A DNA stretch of 64,000 bases from a virus: positions 26,243-90,242 of the IMG/VR virus record IMGVR_UViG_3300027899_000012. One strand, given 5' to 3'. Below the pieces are notes generated by a model, which searched no databases, was not told the DNA's origin, and saw only the letters and a program-made list of their open reading frames with translations. Positions within the stretch are counted from its first letter, which is position 1, and every line of letters begins with the position of its first letter. Shown piece after piece: positions 46,945-56,140 of this stretch. A program made the position numbers and the translations under genes.

Positions 46945-47294
46945 CGCCGGAAGCCGAAGACCGGTTGTGGTGGACAAAGTTCTGGATCGTCTGGGCCGTC
47001 GTAGTAGTAGCGGTTCTGATCGTCATGGTGAGCGACTACAGGTATGCGAACCGCGAGCGCTTCACAGGTGACGGTGTGACGATTGCTCGCCGCACCGTGT
47101 GGGCGTTGCAGAACGCGTACCTGTGGGAGAGCGGGCGAAGGCAGGGGCTCCAAGAGGCACTTGTCGTGTCCGATCTGATCTGGTCGCAGGCGTACTGGGA
47201 CGGATGCTTGTCCTGGATGCGGGAAGTGCCCTGCGACGAATACGCGGTGCGCAACATGTGCTCGCGACTCACCAGCGAAGCGAGGAAGCCATGA
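46941..47294 (+). CDS. single-pass membrane protein
   Basis: N-terminal TM; AYWDG. Confidence 0.7.
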   Translation: MTPEAEDRLWWTKFWIVWAVVVVAVLIVMVSDYRYANRERFTGDGVTIARRTVWALQNAYLWESGRRQGLQEALVVSDLIWSQAYWDGCLSWMREVPCDEYAVRNMCSRLTSEARKP

Positions 47295-47524
47295 CCCTCT
47301 TCTTTGGAGCGATTGCCTTCGGGTGCCTTCTCTACGGCGTGGTCAGTATGTCGATGCGGATCGTACGCGCCGAAGAGCGCCTGGACCAGCAGGAGCGCGA
47401 GACGCAGTCCATCCGCCAGTTCCTGGACCGGCACATACAGGGCGTGTCGATGCGAGAAGACATCGAGGACACGAAGACCGACATCGGCAAGGACGTACTG
47501 GAACGCTTGAAAGGGAAGGTGTAG
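47291..47524 (+). CDS. small membrane-anchored coiled-coil protein
   Basis: N-terminal TM. Confidence 0.65.
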   Translation: MTLFFGAIAFGCLLYGVVSMSMRIVRAEERLDQQERETQSIRQFLDRHIQGVSMREDIEDTKTDIGKDVLERLKGKV

Positions 47525-47526
47525 CC

Positions 47527-47769
47527 GTGGCCTGGTTCGAGCCCCTCGTGCTACATGCACACAACCCCAGGTGGCCTGGGCCTCTCTGTGAGTACGAGGT
47601 GGCCGCGGGGCTTCGACCGAACCGGCGCCCTCCCGTCTTCGCGGACACGATGGAAGGCGTGACGTGCAAGCGGTGCCTGCGACGGCTGGGCAAGCTGCCG
47701 AAGCAACCGATGCCGGGGCAGGCGTGGATCATGAAAAAGAAGCGCGAGATGTTCGGAGGTGCCTCGTGA
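47527..47769 (+). CDS. zinc-binding hypothetical protein
   Basis: H...PLC...VTCKRC. Confidence 0.65.
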   Translation: MAWFEPLVLHAHNPRWPGPLCEYEVAAGLRPNRRPPVFADTMEGVTCKRCLRRLGKLPKQPMPGQAWIMKKKREMFGGAS

Positions 47770-48263
47770 AACTTGAACAACTGATTGGCGCCGTCCGAGA
47801 GCAGCTGGTGAGCGAGTATGAGAAGGGCCTCCTCACCGACGCACCGCGCGTGCACCTGGCGTTCATGCGCGAGCCCTACATGCAGCTCGTACTCGACGGC
47901 AAGAAAACGATCGAGTCGCGGTTCTCGCGCAACAGGATCGTGCCGTTCGCTCAAGTCAGCGCAGGCGACGCGCTGATCTTCAAGCGGTCGGGTGGTCCCA
48001 TCACAGCGCTTGCGTTCGTGTCGGCGGTCCTGTTCAAGCGCAAGGAATTCGCCGAAGATTGGTGCAGCCTTCGCGACCTGGGAGAACAGATCGGCGTGGA
48101 TGCGTCGTTCTGGCGCGGCATGCAGGATCGCCGATTCGCCACGCTCATGTGGCTTGCCGACGTGACGCCGCTCGCACCGTTTTCGGTAGAGAAGAACAAT
48201 GGCGACCGGCGCGGATGGATCGTGCTTCGCGACAAGCAGACGCAGATCGGAGCCCCGGCATGA
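47766..48263 (+). CDS. ASCH/PUA-domain protein
   Basis: PYMQLVLDGKKTIESR...GD. Confidence 0.85.
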   Translation: MKLEQLIGAVREQLVSEYEKGLLTDAPRVHLAFMREPYMQLVLDGKKTIESRFSRNRIVPFAQVSAGDALIFKRSGGPITALAFVSAVLFKRKEFAEDWCSLRDLGEQIGVDASFWRGMQDRRFATLMWLADVTPLAPFSVEKNNGDRRGWIVLRDKQTQIGAPA

Positions 48264-48658
48264 ACCGCCGCGCGTCCCGAGCTTCCGAAGCCAACGGCCG
48301 ACGGCTCATGAAGAAGGGCTGGTCCGACTGGGAATTGATGCCGCAGCCGGATCTTCGCAAGTATCCCTCGCTCGATCGAGTCACCGCAGTTTGGAAGAAC
48401 AACATGTACATCGTGCAGGTGTTCGTCGAAGCCGACTGCGAGTGGGGGCCCATCGAGCGACTGCTGGTGCGCCGCAACGACGGCTCGAAGGTCCGGGACT
48501 GGGCCGACCTGCAGCGCATCAAGAACGAGATCGCCGGGCCTGATCGCGTTGCCGTGGAAGTATTCCCGGCCGTGGCCGCGCTCGTGGATTCCGCGGACGT
48601 GTACCACCTGTGGGTTCTGCCCGAGGGCTTTCAGCTGCCATTCTGGCTCGAAAAGTGA
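48260..48658 (+). CDS. conserved phage protein (DUF7694-like, tentative)
   Basis: WADLQRIKNEIAG...AVEVFP...VD...YHLW. Confidence 0.75.
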   Translation: MNRRASRASEANGRRLMKKGWSDWELMPQPDLRKYPSLDRVTAVWKNNMYIVQVFVEADCEWGPIERLLVRRNDGSKVRDWADLQRIKNEIAGPDRVAVEVFPAVAALVDSADVYHLWVLPEGFQLPFWLEK

Positions 48659-48665
48659 GGACACT

Positions 48666-48962
48666 GTGAACGACTATCAAATGCACTCGAAGGCAGAGAC
48701 GCTCGCGGAAGCTCTCTCCGGCATGAGCCGGGACGGCCAGATTGCCGTGCTCGTCGAGGCCATGAAGCTCGCCGCAGCCGACGAGCGGAAAGCGTGCATC
48801 CGCTCCCTGCAGGAATGCGTCCAGTGCACCGCGAGGCAGCACGACGTTGTGAAGTGCTGCGTGACCGTGCTGGAAATGCGAGAGCATACGAACGTCCCCG
48901 CGCCGGTGTGCGTCCGCCAGTTCCGAAGGGATCGCAAGCTCAGGGCGAGGGCTCGGCGGTGA
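48666..48962 (+). CDS. hypothetical protein
   Basis: GAGG SD; coupled. Confidence 0.6.
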   Translation: MNDYQMHSKAETLAEALSGMSRDGQIAVLVEAMKLAAADERKACIRSLQECVQCTARQHDVVKCCVTVLEMREHTNVPAPVCVRQFRRDRKLRARARR

Positions 48963-49423
48963 GCTTGGTCGTCTACACCGCCCGCATAGGCTCCTACCTT
49001 GGACCCGACGTGCTCGACATCACCCGCTCGACTGCTCACAACGTCGGCGAGGTCATGCACCGCGAGGTGCCCGGCGCCATCTTCGCGCCCAGCTGGTCGA
49101 TTCTCAACCGGTGCGACCGCTCGAAGGACGCCGCCGACCGAGAGCACGCGTACGGCCGGCTGCAGCGCTGGGATCACATGCACCAGGCCGCGTGGGAGCA
49201 GTACTGCAAGGACTACACGGCGGAGATGCGAAGCTCGTACCGCGTGAATCGCGCCGGATGGGACGCTCTCCTGAAGCGAGACGTGGTGACGTTGGTGTGC
49301 TTCTGCGTGAATCCCGCCTTCTGCCACCGGACTCTGCTCGCGGGCATGCTCGGCAAGCTCGGCGCGGAGGTTCGCGGGGAACGAGAGAGCCCGCAGCGAA
49401 AGCTGCCGGGATTGGAGGGCTGA
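48959..49423 (+). CDS. DUF488-like protein
   Basis: LDITR, FAPSW, VTLVCFC...CHR. Confidence 0.75.
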   Translation: MSLVVYTARIGSYLGPDVLDITRSTAHNVGEVMHREVPGAIFAPSWSILNRCDRSKDAADREHAYGRLQRWDHMHQAAWEQYCKDYTAEMRSSYRVNRAGWDALLKRDVVTLVCFCVNPAFCHRTLLAGMLGKLGAEVRGERESPQRKLPGLEG

Positions 49424-49759
49424 ATGCCACCGAATGAGCAAATCACGATGACGTTCGACGAGTGGGTCGCCAAGGGAACGAGCCTGTTCGGGCCCGATCG
49501 GAACACGTGGAAGTTCGTCTGTCCGGTCTGCGGCCACGTCGCGACGCCCGCCGACTGGGCCGCCGTGGGGGCAGGGGACGGCGAGGTGGCGTTCTCCTGC
49601 GTCGGTCGGCGCATCGAGGGGTCCAGGAAGGCCTTCGAGCAAGGGGGCAAGGGGCCGTGCTCCTACGCGGGCGGCGGGCTGTTCCGGCTCAACCCCGTGC
49701 ATGTCAAGACTCCCGACGGCCAGGAGCACGACGTGTTCGACTTTGCGGAGGCACCATGA
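49424..49759 (+). CDS. VVA0879-like phage protein
   Basis: FG...WKFVCPVCGH...SCVGR...GGLF...FDFA. Confidence 0.8.
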   Translation: MPPNEQITMTFDEWVAKGTSLFGPDRNTWKFVCPVCGHVATPADWAAVGAGDGEVAFSCVGRRIEGSRKAFEQGGKGPCSYAGGGLFRLNPVHVKTPDGQEHDVFDFAEAP

Positions 49760-50769
49760 CGATCGAGTACACCACGGCCAGCTGGAACACCCTGGTGGGT
49801 TGCGAGGCGCACTCCGTCGGGTGTCACTCGTGTTACGCCGCGCGCGAGGCAGGCACGCGTCTGGCGCACATCCCGGCCTACGCCGGACTGACGATCAAGC
49901 GGGCCGACGGGGGCTTCGCCTTCAACGGCACGGTGCGCTTCCTGGAGGACCGGCTCGACCAGCCTCTTCGCAAGACCAAGCCCCAGCGATACTTCGTGTG
50001 CTCGACCAGCGACATGTTCTTCGAGGGCGTCAAGGATGAGTGGCGCGACAAGATCATGGCCGTGATGCTGCTGTCCCCGTGGCACACGTATTTACTGTGC
50101 ACAAAGCGGCCCGAGAAGGCGTACGAGTACCTGACGGCGCCGGACCTGTACGAACGCGTGCTCTACCAGGCTGCCCCGATCCGAGCGGCGAGGCCTGGGC
50201 TGTGCAGCGTCGGCGTTTCGGACCCGACCAAGGGACCGTTCCAGCCGTGGATCTGGTGGGGCACGAGCGCTGAGCGGCCGAAGGAATTCAAGGAGCGCAT
50301 CGGATGGCTCCGCCGGCTACCGGTCGCGCGCCGGTGGCTGAGCCTGTCTCCGCTGCTGGAGGAGATCCCGCTCGATGGAGAGCTGCAGGGCTGGGGCAGC
50401 GAGTCGCAAGACACGGGCAACCTCGCGCAGATCGACTTCGCTGTGCTCGAAGGCGAATCGGGACCGAACGCCCGGCGGTGCGATTGCGGCTGGTTGCGGA
50501 GGATGATTGCATCCTGCAAGGCACAGGGGACGGTCGCATACCTGAAGCAGCTGGGAGAACACTCCACGGACGTGGAGACGCCGAATACGCACACCGGAGA
50601 ATGCTCCGTCGGCGAAAGCCACGTCGGCCGGCGAGGGCATGCAGCTCGCGCCGAAGAGTGCTGGCCCACGGACCTGCGCGGCAACAAGCAGCTGCCTGCG
50701 TTCTGGCAGCCAGACGTAGCAACCCAGCTGCACTTCCCCACGATGGCGCGCAAGAGGAAGGAAAAGTGA
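49756..50769 (+). CDS. DUF5131 / phage gp37-gp68 family radical-SAM-like protein
   Basis: WN.LVGCEAHSVGCHSCYA, SDMF, TKRP, GESGPNAR, KQLG. Confidence 0.9.
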   Translation: MTIEYTTASWNTLVGCEAHSVGCHSCYAAREAGTRLAHIPAYAGLTIKRADGGFAFNGTVRFLEDRLDQPLRKTKPQRYFVCSTSDMFFEGVKDEWRDKIMAVMLLSPWHTYLLCTKRPEKAYEYLTAPDLYERVLYQAAPIRAARPGLCSVGVSDPTKGPFQPWIWWGTSAERPKEFKERIGWLRRLPVARRWLSLSPLLEEIPLDGELQGWGSESQDTGNLAQIDFAVLEGESGPNARRCDCGWLRRMIASCKAQGTVAYLKQLGEHSTDVETPNTHTGECSVGESHVGRRGHAARAEECWPTDLRGNKQLPAFWQPDVATQLHFPTMARKRKEK

Positions 50770-51203
50770 GCACGATGGATGAAAAGATCACGCTTGAAAT
50801 CAGCCGCGAGGATCTCACCAAGGCAATCGCGCAGGTGCTGGTCGAACGCAGCCAGGGGGCCGACCGCCTGCAGGCGATCGAAAGCCAGCAGGTGTCACGG
50901 CACATCCGAGACCTGCTCGCGGACCTGAACATGAAAGACCGGGTCTGGAGGTTGGCGGACGAAGCCCTCAGCGCGGCGGTGAAGGAGAAGGCGGCCCCGG
51001 CCCTCGCCGGCATCCAGAACCTGATCGATGGTTATTTCCTGCCCACCGGCCCCTCTCGCGCCTCGCGCGCTGAGTTCGCGGTCGCGGACGCAGTCAGCGG
51101 CACGGTGAGGCAGATGCTCATCGACAAGCGCAAGACGATCACGAAGATGGTCGAGGATATCGCCGATCGCCTGGTGGTGGGGCCGCCCAAGGACGGGAAG
51201 TAG
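50766..51203 (+). CDS. hypothetical protein
   Basis: Coupled ORF. Confidence 0.65.
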   Translation: MSTMDEKITLEISREDLTKAIAQVLVERSQGADRLQAIESQQVSRHIRDLLADLNMKDRVWRLADEALSAAVKEKAAPALAGIQNLIDGYFLPTGPSRASRAEFAVADAVSGTVRQMLIDKRKTITKMVEDIADRLVVGPPKDGK

Positions 51204-51421
51204 GCGCCGGACGGAGGCTGGAGGGGGGGGATCAACACGCGCACCGCCCGGCGTTGAGGTTCAGACTACGCCCCCTCATGGTCCCCCACAAGGGGGCGCC
51301 CTTTGACGCTTCCTGGCCCCGCAAAGGCCTTCCGGCCCCGGACGCTCCCCTGCACGCCCCAGAACCCCAGCCCCTACAAGGGGCAGTTGTGGCCCGCGGC
51401 GAGCCAGGCGACAATGCTGGC

Positions 51422-51637
51422 ATGCGAGACGTTGAAGCCACGGGCGTCCCAGGCACCCTGAACCCGGAATCCGAGCAGGCCCTTCGCTCGGCCGGCTGCG
51501 TGGTCGAGCGAGACGGCGACCGAACCCGCATCGTCTGGCCCAAGGGGACGGTACTGGACTCGTTCACGAACGAGTATCGGTTGCCGTCGGGCAGGTTCTT
51601 TCACGTGCGGGGGTCAACCATCACAACCCGGGGCTGA
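51422..51637 (+). CDS. hypothetical protein
   Basis: GACAAT-N6-ATG; abuts the next gene. Confidence 0.55.
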   Translation: MRDVEATGVPGTLNPESEQALRSAGCVVERDGDRTRIVWPKGTVLDSFTNEYRLPSGRFFHVRGSTITTRG

Positions 51638-51638
51638 C

Positions 51639-52160
51639 ATGTCGAATTCGATTGGCCGGCACACCTATCACGGCTCCAACCCACTTCAGACGTGGAGAGC
51701 GCACGAAGAAATCCGCATCGGCAACTTCTGCTCGATCGCGGAGGGCGTTCTGATCTGTGCCGGCGGGCGCCACCACACGCAGTTCGCTTCCACGTTCCCG
51801 CTTGAAGCCATCCTGCTGGCTCGCCACGAGAGCGAGCGCAACTACCAGACCACCAGGCCGACCGAGATCGGCAGCGACGTGTGGATCGGAGCGCGCGCCA
51901 TCATCGTAGGCGGCGTGCACGTCGGCCACGGTGCCGTCATCGGAGCGGGCTCGGTCGTCTTCAGCAGGGTGCCGCCGTACGCCGTCGTCGCGGGCAACCC
52001 CGCCGAGGTGCTCTTCTACAGATTCGACCGGGAAAAGGTCAAACGACTTCTCAAGATCGCGTGGTGGGACTGGAGCGATGACGTGATCAAGGAACGCATC
52101 GAGTGGTTCTACAAACCGATCGCTGAGTTCATCGAGAAGTTCGATCCCGTCACGCCTTGA
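51639..52160 (+). CDS. CatB/Vat-like hexapeptide-repeat O-acetyltransferase
   Basis: IGNFCSIA, STFP, IGSDVWIG, GAVIGAGSVV, VAGNPA, WWDW. Confidence 0.92.
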   Translation: MSNSIGRHTYHGSNPLQTWRAHEEIRIGNFCSIAEGVLICAGGRHHTQFASTFPLEAILLARHESERNYQTTRPTEIGSDVWIGARAIIVGGVHVGHGAVIGAGSVVFSRVPPYAVVAGNPAEVLFYRFDREKVKRLLKIAWWDWSDDVIKERIEWFYKPIAEFIEKFDPVTP

Positions 52161-52713
52161 AGGCAACGGCGAGCACTCCCGCCTGTCGGAAGCCCGAAAG
52201 AGCCGCGCACTCTGCGATCGCGTTGCCCCCGCTCCGGTCCACGTCGTGTTGAGCCCACACCCCACCCGGTCGAAGCGCTGGCAGCCATTCTTGCATGTCG
52301 CGCTTGACCGACTCGTAGTCGTGGCTGGCGTCGTGGAAGATCAAGTCCACCTCGCCGGGCTCGAACAGCCGCGCCGCCCTCAGAACCGAGCAGCGGATCG
52401 GGTGCACGTATTCGAGAACCCCTTCGCGGCGCATGTTCTCCAAGAAAACTCCCATGAACCCAGGCGCTCCGCGATGCTTTTCGTCCGCGAAGATTTCCTT
52501 GGGAGACACCTCCGGCGTCACCCGCCACAGATCGACCGTATAGACCTCGAACTCGCGTTCTCTCGCGATCGCTCCCAGCAAAGCAGTTGACCTGCCCGCA
52601 TACGCTCCAAGCTCGACCACGGTTCCTCCAGGCCGAACATTGGTTCTCACGACGCTTGCCAGCAGCGCGCCTTCTTCGGTACTGAACCACCCTTCAACAT
52701 CATGCCAGGCCAT
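52150..52713 (-). CDS. class I SAM-dependent methyltransferase (Methyltransf_24-like)
   Basis: VELGAYAGRST, DLIFHDASHDY, LRPGG...HD. Confidence 0.9.
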   Translation of the reverse strand: MAWHDVEGWFSTEEGALLASVVRTNVRPGGTVVELGAYAGRSTALLGAIAREREFEVYTVDLWRVTPEVSPKEIFADEKHRGAPGFMGVFLENMRREGVLEYVHPIRCSVLRAARLFEPGEVDLIFHDASHDYESVKRDMQEWLPALRPGGVWAQHDVDRSGGNAIAECAALSGFRQAGVLAVAFKA

Positions 52714-52721
52714 GCTCTCTC

Positions 52722-53423
52722 CTACGGCTGAAAGTACTGGGTTGCGAGCGGTCGATTCGCGGCGAAGGTGGACACGTCGCCAACGTGCTGAATCAGGCAC
52801 GGATGACACGCCAGCAGGGGCGTTCGGGTGTATCGGCAGAACGCCTTGACCGCGTAGTCGCCAAACCAGTCGAAGCGAATGCTTTCGATAGATGACGCCC
52901 TGGCCCGCCGGAGCATCTGCCCGAATTCTCCAGCCACGGACGCGGGAAAAGCCAACCCCTGCGCTCCGTAGAATATCTCGGGGTTTCTCCAACGAGTGAG
53001 TTGCACCCCACAAGGCGTGTCCTGATAGTTTGAAAAATCTGATGGCTGGTAGAAGTAAATCAGCGAGAGCACCCAACGCTTCGCGTACGACAAGTCGGCC
53101 GCCTGCACCAGGTGCGAGAGCTTTTCCACCCAGTCGGTCGTAAAGCGAACATCGTCCTCGAACACGCAGCCCCAGCCGTCAGGCGCCTGCGCAACCCAGT
53201 CGATCGCGCGCATGAAGTTGTACGTGCCCACTGCAGCCTGGCCCTTCACGAACGCCAGTTCGTCCGGGGTGCGAGTGAGAACCTGGACGCCCGCGGGAAC
53301 GGGCGGCGGCTCGATCGAGTCCGAGAAGACCAGCACGTCCTTGGCCTGCAGAACGCCGCTGAGCGTTGCCGACAGGTAGTCCACGCCTCCCGGCCTCGGA
53401 GCGGTGATGACGGCCGCTCTCAC
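52722..53423 (-). CDS. GT-A fold glycosyltransferase
   Basis: VFEDDV, YGAQG, PCLIQHVGDVST. Confidence 0.8.
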   Translation of the reverse strand: MRAAVITAPRPGGVDYLSATLSGVLQAKDVLVFSDSIEPPPVPAGVQVLTRTPDELAFVKGQAAVGTYNFMRAIDWVAQAPDGWGCVFEDDVRFTTDWVEKLSHLVQAADLSYAKRWVLSLIYFYQPSDFSNYQDTPCGVQLTRWRNPEIFYGAQGLAFPASVAGEFGQMLRRARASSIESIRFDWFGDYAVKAFCRYTRTPLLACHPCLIQHVGDVSTFAANRPLATQYFQP

Positions 53424-54166
53424 TTGCGGCTCGCCTGGTCAAAGTGAAGGCACATGCGCCCGGGCCTGACTGTCTCCCACTCGTAGAGCGACGAGACATC
53501 TCCCACGTGCTGAATCAGGCACGGGTTGGGAGCGTAGATGCCGTAGCGGTGCTCGACCGCGCACATTCTCCAGATGCCCTCGTCCATCATCCACCATCGG
53601 CGCTCGGGCGCCGGCAGCGTGAACTTCAACTCGAACAGGTCCGCGAAGCCTCGGGCCGTGGAAGCGAGCATCATGTAGCCCTGCGATCCCCACAGCGGTC
53701 CCTGCTCGTTCCACTTCATGATCTGCCCATCGCAGCCTTCAACCGCGTCAAAGTGCCCCTCGTGCGGGTAGAAGTGCTGCAAAGTGAGAAGCCACGGCTG
53801 TTTTCGTTCGACCAGGCGGCGGCAAATCGCCAGCCCCCGCGACTGCCAGTCTCCCGCAAACTTCACGTCGTCCTCAAGAACACACACGAACTCGCTGTTG
53901 TTGGCCGCCCACCGGAGCGCTCTTTGCAGGTTGAGTGTTCCGAACAGTTCCTCGGTACGGATCCGATCCAGTCGATCCTGATCGGAACACTCGACGTGGT
54001 TGAGCCACGGGGGCAATCCTTCGGGCAACACCAGCGAGTCGCTGAAAACGCCGCAAGGCCTTCCTGCGGCGCCAGGGTCTTGCTCGGCCATGTCCTTGAG
54101 CGTGGATGGAAGGTAGCTGGCGCCTTTGCGAGGGCAGGTGATGACGGCCGTCTTAAGCTCTTGCAT
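53420..54166 (-). CDS. GT-A fold glycosyltransferase, paralog of 52722-53423
   Basis: VLEDDV, WGSQG, PCLIQHVGDVSS. Confidence 0.8.
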   Translation of the reverse strand: MQELKTAVITCPRKGASYLPSTLKDMAEQDPGAAGRPCGVFSDSLVLPEGLPPWLNHVECSDQDRLDRIRTEELFGTLNLQRALRWAANNSEFVCVLEDDVKFAGDWQSRGLAICRRLVERKQPWLLTLQHFYPHEGHFDAVEGCDGQIMKWNEQGPLWGSQGYMMLASTARGFADLFELKFTLPAPERRWWMMDEGIWRMCAVEHRYGIYAPNPCLIQHVGDVSSLYEWETVRPGRMCLHFDQASRK

Positions 54167-54392
54167 CGGGTTCGGCTCCAGGTTGGATCACGGCGATGCG
54201 CTCGGGCAATTCCTTGTCCGCCCACACGCAACCGTTGTGGATGTGCATCAGCTGAAGTCGGTGTGTCTGCCGTCGCACCAGGAAGCTGCCGCATCGGGGG
54301 CACCGGGGGGCGTCTTGTGGCGGAGCTAGCCTTTCACGCAGAGCCCGCGCGAAGCGGTCGAGGCAGGCGGGAAGCGAGATCATGGCCGCCAT
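54153..54392 (-). CDS. small zinc-ribbon protein
   Basis: CPRCGS; start uncertain (54383 or 54392). Confidence 0.55.
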   Translation of the reverse strand: MAAMISLPACLDRFARALRERLAPPQDAPRCPRCGSFLVRRQTHRLQLMHIHNGCVWADKELPERIAVIQPGAEPDARA

Positions 54393-54429
54393 CCTACCAC
54401 TGCCCTCCGAACGTCGGCAGCCCGGCCGC

Positions 54430-55191
54430 TCACGGCTCTCGGACGAAGCGATGGCACTGGATGAACGAGTACTCGGGGCACGATCGGCCGATTTCGTTGA
54501 GCCACACGTTCACTTCCTCGTCATTGTCCGTGATCGACCGGATCTTGTCTCCCAGCTCTTGTTCCATCGACCAGTACGGCGCCAGGTGCACACCGCAGGC
54601 CTTGTCATGGCGGAATCCGTGCTTTCGGACAGCGTCGATCAGTTCCGTGTAGCCGAACTCGTGAATGTGATCGTTCGAGCAGTACGGCGCTTCTCTTTTG
54701 AATTTTCGACTCATCCGGCAGTGCAGGCTGTCTCGGTTGGGCGTCGTTAGAACAAACCAGCCCCCGGGCTTGAGCACGCTCGCCACAACCCGCAGGCCCT
54801 GCTCGGCGTTGGTCCAGTGCTCGATTGATTCTTGAGCTACGACGAGATCGAACGGTCCGTCGTACCACGACGCCTGGGCAAGTACTTCGATGGCGCTTGC
54901 CTCGAAGTGACCGGTGGGAAAGTTGTGGCGTGCGCGCTCGATAGCGACCGGGCTGATGTCGATCCCGATCACGTTCCGGTGCGGGAAGAAAGCCGTGATG
55001 CCTCCCTCGCCGCACCCGATATCAAGAATGCGAGCGGTCGGATCCTGAGCGAAGGGAGTGGACAGGTGCAGGCTGGTTGCTCTGATCTGGTTGCCTCGGA
55101 TCGCATCGAAAACGAGCGCCGACTGGTACGCCTTGCCGCTGGCGTACAGAACGTCCATTTCCGATCGCACTTCATCGACTGTCTTCGTCAT
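54430..55191 (-). CDS. class I SAM-dependent methyltransferase (Methyltransf_11/23-like)
   Basis: ILDIGCGEG, GIDIS, FDLVV, IEH, LKPGG, TTPN. Confidence 0.92.
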   Translation of the reverse strand: MTKTVDEVRSEMDVLYASGKAYQSALVFDAIRGNQIRATSLHLSTPFAQDPTARILDIGCGEGGITAFFPHRNVIGIDISPVAIERARHNFPTGHFEASAIEVLAQASWYDGPFDLVVAQESIEHWTNAEQGLRVVASVLKPGGWFVLTTPNRDSLHCRMSRKFKREAPYCSNDHIHEFGYTELIDAVRKHGFRHDKACGVHLAPYWSMEQELGDKIRSITDNDEEVNVWLNEIGRSCPEYSFIQCHRFVREP

Positions 55192-55258
55192 CGTGCGCGA
55201 GCGTAGCACGAAATTGCGACCATTGACATCCCATGCGTAGCACAAGCATATTTCGGTC

Positions 55259-56140
55259 ATGCAACCTCGCGTCGTGTGGGTCGCCCAGGCTCCGCTGCTT
55301 CTCAACCGGCTGTGCCGGTCCCGATCGTGGAACATGCAGGTGGCTTGCCTACAGGACGCCGACGGGCTCGCCGAAATGGCGCAGATGCACGCGCCGAAGT
55401 GGGATGGAAGCCCCAAGGGGGTCGTCGCCGCCTTCGCGTGCGCTCCCGACCACGTTCGATGGGTGCAGCAGCACCTGCCCGAAGCCAAGCTCGTGATCGT
55501 GGCGCACCAGGGTTACGCGCAGAAGCTCCCTCCGGCCCCTCACACCACGGCCGTCGTCGCATTCAGCAGCCGCTGCGCGTTCTTCGTATCCTCGCAGATC
55601 GTCCAGCAGGTGAGTGTCCTAACGCCCGCCTACGAGCCGATGCCTGCCTGGTCGTGGGCACCCGGCAAGCTCTGGACAATGATGTCTCGGCCCAAGACCC
55701 GAGAGCACATTTCCTTTGCCGCTCTGGATGATGCGCGCAGGATCGCGACCACGCGGATTGATATCTACGGCCAGGATCAGCCCGCCGGCTTTCTTTCGTC
55801 CGAAGTCAAAACGAAGCTACTTTCCTCATGCAGCGCGTACTTTGAAGCCCTGCCACCACGCGCAGGCTTCGGCCTCGCGGAGCACGAGGCTATGTCCGCT
55901 GGATGCCCGGTCGTTGGAGCGGCGTGGGGCGACATCTACACGCGCCTTTCGTGCCAGAAGGCCTTCGCGGACTACGGCAACATCTACGGGCTCGCTGCGC
56001 TCGCAGACCGTGCCGCCAAGGACAAGCAGTGGGCCGAGGAACGGTCTGCCGAACAGCTTCAGTACATCCGGGACTGCTTCTCTCAGGAGCGCATGGACGA
56101 GAGCGTGGAGCGAGCGATGGCGCACATCACGGCTGGGTAG
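55259..56140 (+). CDS. GT-B fold (GT4-like) glycosyltransferase
   Basis: GFGLAEHEAMSAGCPVV. Confidence 0.8.
   Translation: MQPRVVWVAQAPLLLNRLCRSRSWNMQVACLQDADGLAEMAQMHAPKWDGSPKGVVAAFACAPDHVRWVQQHLPEAKLVIVAHQGYAQKLPPAPHTTAVVAFSSRCAFFVSSQIVQQVSVLTPAYEPMPAWSWAPGKLWTMMSRPKTREHISFAALDDARRIATTRIDIYGQDQPAGFLSSEVKTKLLSSCSAYFEALPPRAGFGLAEHEAMSAGCPVVGAAWGDIYTRLSCQKAFADYGNIYGLAALADRAAKDKQWAEERSAEQLQYIRDCFSQERMDESVERAMAHITAG

Noticed and set aside
51639-52160. Antibiotic resistance gene (catB/vat)
   Set aside because: The fold is shared with sugar O-acetyltransferases, and the glycosyltransferase context favours glycan acetylation.
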